A program made the position numbers and the translations under genes. Shown in pieces: positions 58,276 through 64,000 of a DNA stretch of 64,000 bases. Each line of letters opens with the position of its first letter. Positions within the stretch are counted from its first letter, which is position 1. Under the pieces are notes generated by a model. The model had not been told where the DNA came from, did not search any database, and saw only the letters and a list, made by a program, of their open reading frames with translations. The stretch is from an uncultured Candidatus Poseidoniales archaeon (GTDB taxonomy: Archaea > Thermoplasmatota > Poseidoniia > Poseidoniales > Thalassarchaeaceae), in contig CACOAW010000004.1 of assembly GCA_902625325.1 (NCBI GenBank), positions 50,647 through 114,646 of the forward strand, in the 5' to 3' direction.

Positions 58276-60939
58276 GTGATTGCCATGCCTCCCCCAGAAC
58301 CACGACAGACTCTTCCCGATACCGACCCAGAGGAGACGGATGAATGGCTGGAATCCTTGAGGACCCTGGCATCTTCACAGGGCACGTCAAGGGCGCGGCT
58401 ACTTCTTCAGGAGGTAATGTCAGAAGCGTCTTCCTTGGGTATCGAAATTTCACCATCTAGAACCCCATACCTTAACTCAATTTCCATTGAACAACAGCCT
58501 CCATATCCTGGAAACCTAACATTGGAGAAGAAGATTCAGAATCACGTACTCTGGAATGCGGCCGCAATGGTCTCAGATGCAAACAGGAGAATTGACGGGA
58601 TAGGCGGTCATATTTCCACTTACGCCTCAAGCTCGACTTTGTACGAAGTAGGATTCCAGCATGTATTCAGGGGAAAGGACCTCAATGGCATCGGAGACGC
58701 CTTATTCATTCAGGGACACGCTAGTCCTGGAATTTATGCTCGAGCATTCCTAGAAGGAAGAATTTCCATAGATCAGGTTTCAAAGTTCAGGCAGGAGGCC
58801 TTCGTGGAGGGGCTGTCTTCATACCCCCATCCACGACTTATGCCAGATTTCTGGGAGTATCCTACCGTTTCGATGGGTTTAGGGCCACTTGGTGCCGTAA
58901 TGCAGGCGAGATTCTGGAAGTATCTCGACCAAAGAGGAATTGCAGATACATCGGAGAGTCGAGTTTTCGCCTTCTTAGGGGACGGAGAGATGGACGAACC
59001 AGAGTCAATAGCTTCCATAGCTGTAGCCGGTAGGGAACAGTTGGACAATCTAATCGTAGTAGTAAATTGCAATTTACAGAGGCTAGACGGTCCTGTAAGA
59101 GGGAATTCCAGCATCATCCAGGAATTGGAGGGCCTCTATCGAGGAGCAGGATGGACAGTGATTAAGCTAATTTGGGGGTCAGGATGGGATAGAGTATTCC
59201 AAAGAGACACAAAAGGAGAGCTTCTGGAGAAGATGGAGGGTATCACCGATGGGGATTGGCAACGAATCAGCACTCTATCAATCGACGATTTCCGAGAAGA
59301 GATGTTCTCTGGAAGCGAGTCTCTGAAGGCCCTAGGAACTTCAATTTCTGATTCTGAGATAGAAGGCCTTACCAGAGGAGGTCACGATCCAGTAAAGGTG
59401 TATTCTGCATACAAATCAGCTATTTCTGCCAAGGGTCCAGCTGTAATTTTGGCACATACAGTGAAAGGCTGGGGAATCGACTCTTTCGAGGGTAGGAACT
59501 CAACTCACCAGAAAAAGAAGATGACTGTCGACGACCTGGAAGCTTACCGCGATGCTCTGGAGATTGATATCGAGGATTCCAGACTCGAAGAAAATCCCTT
59601 CATCGCACTAGAAGAAGACTCGGATGAGATCAAGTATCTGACCGAAAGAAGAACCCAACTCGGTGGATATCTACCCTCAAGAAAACCCTCGAAAATTAAC
59701 TTCGATCTTCCCGGACAAGACACATATTCAGCATTCGACCAGGGTACCCCAGAAGGTCAAGAGGTTTCTACGACCATGGCTTTCGTTCGCCTGCTAAGAA
59801 ATCTGATGAAATCAGAGATAGGCTCCAGAGTCGTGCCTATCATCCCTGATGAAGGCAGAACTTTCGGAATGGATCCACTATTCAGCGAGTTTGAAATCTT
59901 CGCTTCTAGAGGCCAGAAGTACACTCCAGTAGACCATAAGATGCTCCTAAACTACAAGGAATCGGAATCAGGGCAGGTCCTTCAGGAAGGAATTTCGGAG
60001 GCAGGCGCCATTGCCTCATGGATATCAAGTGCCACTTCGTATTCTAGTGCAAACTCTGCTACTATGCCTTTCTATACCTTCTACTCAATGTTCGGATTTC
60101 AGAGGGTAGGGGATCAGATTTGGAGTGCTGCAGACGCGCGCGCGCGCGGCTTCCTGATGGGCGCGACAGCAGGGCGGACTACGCTTAACGGAGAGGGTCT
60201 ACAACATCAGGATGGACACAGTCTACTGATGGCCTCGGCAGTTCCTAACTGTAGAGCTTGGGATCCTGCATGTGCCTACGAGCTAGCAGCTATCATCAGA
60301 CATGGAATAGATGAGATGTGGGGCCAGAATCTTGATGTCTTCCACTATGTTATGCTTTACAACGAGAATCAGCAGCAGATGCCAAAGCCACCTGACGTGG
60401 ATGATGGCATCGTTAGGGGAGCGTACAAAATAGAGGAAGTAGGAGAGGGAAAAAGAAAGATTCGGCTACTCGGATCCGGCCCAATTCTGAGGAATGTTAG
60501 GGAGGCAGCCTCGGAACTTCTCAGTGAACACGGGATATCATCAGAGGTTTGGTCCGTAACCTCCTATGGGGAACTTCGCAGGAAAGGTCTTGAGCATGAA
60601 AGATCAAGACGCCTGAATCCTAAAATTTCCGACGAACCATACGTCTCCAGATGTTTTGGAGACGAAACGCCCACAGTCGCTACTTCCGACTACATCTGCT
60701 CCGTACCTGAGATGATTCAGAGATGGATAGGAGGCAGATACATTGTACTCGGAACAGATGGGTTCGGAAGATCCGACACACGAGAAGCCCTCCGTTCATT
60801 CTTCGAAATAGACACAAACAGCATTGTTGTCGCAGCGATTTCGGCATTGGAGCAGGAAGGAACACTACCTTCCGGCACAGTAGAGAAAGAATTGGAAAAG
60901 AGGAATCTAAACAAAGAGAGAATAGACAAGACAGAGTGA
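58276..60939 (+). CDS. aceE: Pyruvate dehydrogenase E1 component, homodimeric (AceE) type
   Basis: 'DPEETDEWLESL' N-terminus; ThDP motif region 'GDGEMDEPESI'; 887 aa, the same length class as bacterial AceE. Confidence 0.9.
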   Translation: MIAMPPPEPRQTLPDTDPEETDEWLESLRTLASSQGTSRARLLLQEVMSEASSLGIEISPSRTPYLNSISIEQQPPYPGNLTLEKKIQNHVLWNAAAMVSDANRRIDGIGGHISTYASSSTLYEVGFQHVFRGKDLNGIGDALFIQGHASPGIYARAFLEGRISIDQVSKFRQEAFVEGLSSYPHPRLMPDFWEYPTVSMGLGPLGAVMQARFWKYLDQRGIADTSESRVFAFLGDGEMDEPESIASIAVAGREQLDNLIVVVNCNLQRLDGPVRGNSSIIQELEGLYRGAGWTVIKLIWGSGWDRVFQRDTKGELLEKMEGITDGDWQRISTLSIDDFREEMFSGSESLKALGTSISDSEIEGLTRGGHDPVKVYSAYKSAISAKGPAVILAHTVKGWGIDSFEGRNSTHQKKKMTVDDLEAYRDALEIDIEDSRLEENPFIALEEDSDEIKYLTERRTQLGGYLPSRKPSKINFDLPGQDTYSAFDQGTPEGQEVSTTMAFVRLLRNLMKSEIGSRVVPIIPDEGRTFGMDPLFSEFEIFASRGQKYTPVDHKMLLNYKESESGQVLQEGISEAGAIASWISSATSYSSANSATMPFYTFYSMFGFQRVGDQIWSAADARARGFLMGATAGRTTLNGEGLQHQDGHSLLMASAVPNCRAWDPACAYELAAIIRHGIDEMWGQNLDVFHYVMLYNENQQQMPKPPDVDDGIVRGAYKIEEVGEGKRKIRLLGSGPILRNVREAASELLSEHGISSEVWSVTSYGELRRKGLEHERSRRLNPKISDEPYVSRCFGDETPTVATSDYICSVPEMIQRWIGGRYIVLGTDGFGRSDTREALRSFFEIDTNSIVVAAISALEQEGTLPSGTVEKELEKRNLNKERIDKTE

Positions 60940-60944
60940 TTACA

Positions 60945-61430
60945 TTGGGTAGAGTCTCAAACGCTGTCAGATTCACGTTTAGATGGGTTCCATGGGTCAT
61001 CACGGGAGCTTCGTTAGCCTATCGCAGACTCCCAGATAAATCTCAGAACGAAATTAGAGAAGTAGCAAGGGAGCCACGCAAGTGGGGAGAGGGATTGGAG
61101 AAGGCTTGGGATGCTTCGAGAATCGGGGCTGAGCATTTCCAAAAGACATCAGGAACATTGGCCAACATAATGATTGGGAGAAGGGTCAGTAGAAAGGAGA
61201 GAATTCAGGCTAGAGACGACTTGGCCGCTTTGAGTTTAGTAGTGCCTCCTCTGAGAGTTTTCATGATTCCAGGAAGTCAGATTCTGCTGGGGATAATGGC
61301 ACGAGTTACTCCTTGGCGACTAGTTCCTGATGCTTGGATTCCTCTGAACGCCCTAAAGAAGATCAGGCAGGAAGAAACACCTTCTTTGGATCAAGAAAGC
61401 ACCCAAGTTCGAAGGATGCTCGGCAGATAA
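60945..61430 (+). CDS. Hypothetical protein
   Basis: Open frame after the aceE stop. Possible TTG start at about 60945 (LGRVSNAV...); one hydrophobic helix 'WVPWVITGASLAY'. The track ORF from 60723 overlaps aceE and is rejected. Confidence 0.3.
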   Translation: MGRVSNAVRFTFRWVPWVITGASLAYRRLPDKSQNEIREVAREPRKWGEGLEKAWDASRIGAEHFQKTSGTLANIMIGRRVSRKERIQARDDLAALSLVVPPLRVFMIPGSQILLGIMARVTPWRLVPDAWIPLNALKKIRQEETPSLDQESTQVRRMLGR

Positions 61431-61431
61431 C

Positions 61432-62166
61432 TCATTCAATCTCAGTAATATTGGAAAGGAAGTAGTTATGCTTCAACGCATCTTTTAGACTAACCCAGTC
61501 TGGTATATCGCCCCTAAAATTATCATATCTGTGTCCTGGAATCAATCTCCAATCCGGAGGCAGACTAGTGAGAATCTGCTTGGCTCTAATCAAGCTCCTC
61601 TGCTGTGCTTGCGGATCCCCCCCGGGAAGATCTACCCTCCCAGCGCTCCTGACGAAGAGAAGATCACCAGCATGGTAGACTCCATGTCCGTGGAAGGTGA
61701 CGTGACCAGGTGCATGACCGGGTGAGTGAGTAACAGTAATCTCAATAGATCCTGCAGACCAATCCTCACTTTCCCCGGGTTCACAATCCCAAGTATTGGT
61801 GAAGTCCACCTTTCTGAATACAATGTTCCCCAATAGGCTAGGCACTCTTGCATCTTCATGCCCCCAGACCTCAAGATTGGGGAATCTATCGATCATTCCT
61901 GGAAATCCTGCTGCATGGTCCCGATGAGTATGCGTATACAGGAGGTGTGTAGGTCGGAGCCCTTCTTCTTCTATCTTAGAGCACCACTTCTCGGCGTCGA
62001 ATGGATCAACGATTGCGACAATTTCATTCGCGCGGTCTACAAAGGCAGTATTCATGTTCATCAGGTCGCCCATTTGGGTTACCCAGACTTCTACTCCATC
62101 TTCCCAAATCGAAGTATGAAACTCTCCCTCGGACAGCATGAACCTTCCGAGTAAGACATAGGACAA
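61432..62166 (-). CDS. MBL-fold metallo-hydrolase (glyoxalase II-like)
   Basis: 'THTHRDHAAG' (HxHxDH), 'HSPGHAPGH', 'PGHRY'; 244 aa. Start uncertain (TTG at 62166, ATG at 62139). Confidence 0.8.
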   Translation of the reverse strand: MSYVLLGRFMLSEGEFHTSIWEDGVEVWVTQMGDLMNMNTAFVDRANEIVAIVDPFDAEKWCSKIEEEGLRPTHLLYTHTHRDHAAGFPGMIDRFPNLEVWGHEDARVPSLLGNIVFRKVDFTNTWDCEPGESEDWSAGSIEITVTHSPGHAPGHVTFHGHGVYHAGDLLFVRSAGRVDLPGGDPQAQQRSLIRAKQILTSLPPDWRLIPGHRYDNFRGDIPDWVSLKDALKHNYFLSNITEIE

Positions 62167-62212
62167 AGTCGTAATGCATATACAAGCGATACCAAGCGCT
62201 AAGTTTGAGCAA

Positions 62213-64000
62213 ATGCCATACGACGCCCAAGAGATCGAATCCAGATGGCAGAAGAAATGGTCCGAAGAAAGAGTATTCGAGGCTGAAATTGATTACTCTA
62301 AACCCAAGTTCTACTGCCTTGAGATGTTCCCATATCCATCTGGACACATGCATATGGGCCATGTCAGGAACTACTCTATCGGCGATGCGATGGCACGCTT
62401 CCAGAGATTAATGGGAAAGAACGTACTCTACCCGATGGGATATGACTCATTCGGAATGCCAGCGGAGAATGCTGCCAAAAAAGAAGGCGGGCATCCTCAT
62501 GATGTTACGCATAGCAACATCTCTAGCATTCGTTCCGACCAAGAAAGGATGGGCTACTCATACGATTGGAGGAGATTCTTGGCGACATCGGATGTGGATT
62601 ACTACCGTTGGAACCAGGAGATGTTCCTAATCCTAAATGAGATAGGCCTGATTGAGCGGAAGTCGGCTCCAGTAAACTGGTGCATTGACTGTGATACCGT
62701 TCTGGCTAACGAACAGGTAAGAAACAATAGATGCTGGAGATGCGGGTTGGAAGTAGTCCAGAGAGACATGGCACAGTGGTTCGTAAGGATGACCGAGTAT
62801 TCCGACGAGTTGCTCGATGAACTAGAAAATATCTCGTTCCCCGAGAATGTTAAGGCTATGCAGAGGAACTGGATTGGACGCTCCGATGGAGCACATATAG
62901 AATTCCAAGTGGACGACTCTTCATCAGTAATTGGAGCGTTTACTACCAGGCCTGACACTATTTTCGGAGTAACTTTCCTCACTTTGTCGCCAGAGCATCC
63001 TTTGTGTGAAGTATTGTGTTCAGGTAGTGAGTGGGAAGAAGGATGGAGAGCCCTCAAAGAAGAATGCTCACGAATGTCTGAGTTCGAGAGAGTAAACATC
63101 CTGAAGGAGAAGAAGGGGGTCTTCCTAGGGAGGCATGCAATCAATCCACTGAACGATGAGAGGATTCCAATATACGCTGGTAATTTCGTGGTCTCTACTT
63201 ATGGAACGGGTGCGGTGATGGCAGTCCCAGGACACGATCAAAGAGACTTCGATTTCGCAACCGAGTACGATCTTGAGATAAGGCGAGTACTCGAAGAAAA
63301 CCGGGGTGGCGACACCAACGAACCAATGAATAGGGCATTCGAAGGATACGGTCCAATGATTAACTCTCCAGTAGACGGTTTTGACGGACTCTCCGGAGAT
63401 GAAGCAAAGAGTGCCGTAATTTCTGCTCTAGAAGAGAAGCAAGCAGGACATGGCAAAGTTGAGTATCGGCTGAAGGATTGGCTACTGAGCAGACAGAGGT
63501 TCTGGGGGACTCCTATCCCCATGATTCATTGCAAGTCATGCGGCATTGTCCCTGTGCCTCGAGAAGATCTTCCGGTTGAGCTACCCCTAGATGTAGTCTT
63601 CACCGAAGACCAAAATGGCAATCCTCTCGAGTCGCATCATAGCTTTGTGCAAACCATTTGTCCTAAATGCGAAAGTGAGGCAAGGCGAGAGACCGATACA
63701 ATGGACACATTCTATGACTCATCGTGGTATTTCATGAGGTTTTGCGATGCAAAAAACGACGACTCCCCGTTCAATCGCTCTGATGTAGATTATTGGATGG
63801 ATGGCGGAGTTGACCTGTACATAGGGGGGATAGAACACGCTGTCATGCATCTACTCTATGCTAGATTCTTCACAAAATTCACCAGAGATGCGGGGATGAA
63901 CGAGGTCGGGGAACCATTCGGAAGGTTGGTCTGTCAGGGCATGCTCAATGCTCCTGCCCCTTACTGCTCCGATTGCAATTCTGAGTATCATGTTGACTAT
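62213..64000 (+). CDS. leuS: Leucyl-tRNA synthetase, 3'-partial (runs off the window)
   Basis: Not in the ORF track because there is no in-window stop. Manual translation from ATG 62213 is open to 64000: 'FYCLEMFPYPSGHMHMGHVRNY' (HIGH), 'GYDSFGMPAENAAK', CP1 editing region, 'WLLSRQRFWGTPIP'. Confidence 0.9.
   Translation, partial: MPYDAQEIESRWQKKWSEERVFEAEIDYSKPKFYCLEMFPYPSGHMHMGHVRNYSIGDAMARFQRLMGKNVLYPMGYDSFGMPAENAAKKEGGHPHDVTHSNISSIRSDQERMGYSYDWRRFLATSDVDYYRWNQEMFLILNEIGLIERKSAPVNWCIDCDTVLANEQVRNNRCWRCGLEVVQRDMAQWFVRMTEYSDELLDELENISFPENVKAMQRNWIGRSDGAHIEFQVDDSSSVIGAFTTRPDTIFGVTFLTLSPEHPLCEVLCSGSEWEEGWRALKEECSRMSEFERVNILKEKKGVFLGRHAINPLNDERIPIYAGNFVVSTYGTGAVMAVPGHDQRDFDFATEYDLEIRRVLEENRGGDTNEPMNRAFEGYGPMINSPVDGFDGLSGDEAKSAVISALEEKQAGHGKVEYRLKDWLLSRQRFWGTPIPMIHCKSCGIVPVPREDLPVELPLDVVFTEDQNGNPLESHHSFVQTICPKCESEARRETDTMDTFYDSSWYFMRFCDAKNDDSPFNRSDVDYWMDGGVDLYIGGIEHAVMHLLYARFFTKFTRDAGMNEVGEPFGRLVCQGMLNAPAPYCSDCNSEYHVDY

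Noticed and set aside
60723-60944. 5' part of ORF 60723-61430 overlapping the aceE 3' end
   Set aside because: It is in an alternative frame of aceE and Arg/His-rich; any real downstream gene starts after the aceE stop.
1-64000. Scan for CRISPR arrays, rRNA, IS elements, integrases and prophage genes
   Set aside because: No direct-repeat/spacer periodicity, no rRNA-like conserved stretches, and no transposase or integrase motifs were seen by eye; absence cannot be confirmed without tools.

Overview
This 64 kb window is gene-dense (about 90% coding, GC about 50%) and almost certainly archaeal. Evidence for that: a D-family DNA polymerase large subunit (PolD DP2), a eukaryote-type primase large subunit (PriL), an Lrp/AsnC regulator, and a complete archaellum locus (two tandem archaellins, FlaF/G-like, FlaH, FlaI, FlaJ, FlaK). 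Immediately upstream of the archaellins is a 1732-aa secreted protein with many N-glycosylation sequons, recurrent CARDB-like motifs and three C-terminal TM helices. Its stop codon sits 1 nt before the start of a 347-aa coiled-coil/CARDB-like partner, and it is divergently paired with a membrane protein carrying two DUF2135-like repeats. Housekeeping genes make up the rest: enolase, deoxyhypusine synthase with AdoMet decarboxylase, aminotransferase, threonine dehydratase, RNase HI, GcvH, NadC, an MptE-type HPPK, PyrE, cyclophilin, carboxypeptidase Taq, thioredoxin, Rpe, BolA with Grx4, MetAP-2, Sua5/YrdC, a Upf1-like SF1 helicase, AceE and LeuRS (runs off the 3' end). Items not explained by the ORF track: (i) a tRNA-Cys(GCA)-like gene at 6188-6261; (ii) a roughly 700-bp non-coding, strand-asymmetric, hairpin-rich region at 43487-44190 (candidate ncRNA); (iii) class II fumarase with an in-frame N-terminal ribbon-helix-helix domain; (iv) a gamma-class N6-adenine DNA methyltransferase homologue whose catalytic tetrad reads RPPW instead of NPPY/F/W, clustered with a THEP1 NTPase and a winged-helix protein; (v) a C8 homopolymer that splits a zinc-ribbon/TPR gene into two frames; (vi) bacterial-type orphan AceE (no E2/E3) and orphan GcvH. 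No CRISPR array, rRNA, transposase or integrase was recognised. All coordinates come from hand counting on the given text, and all protein assignments come from motif recognition without database searches.
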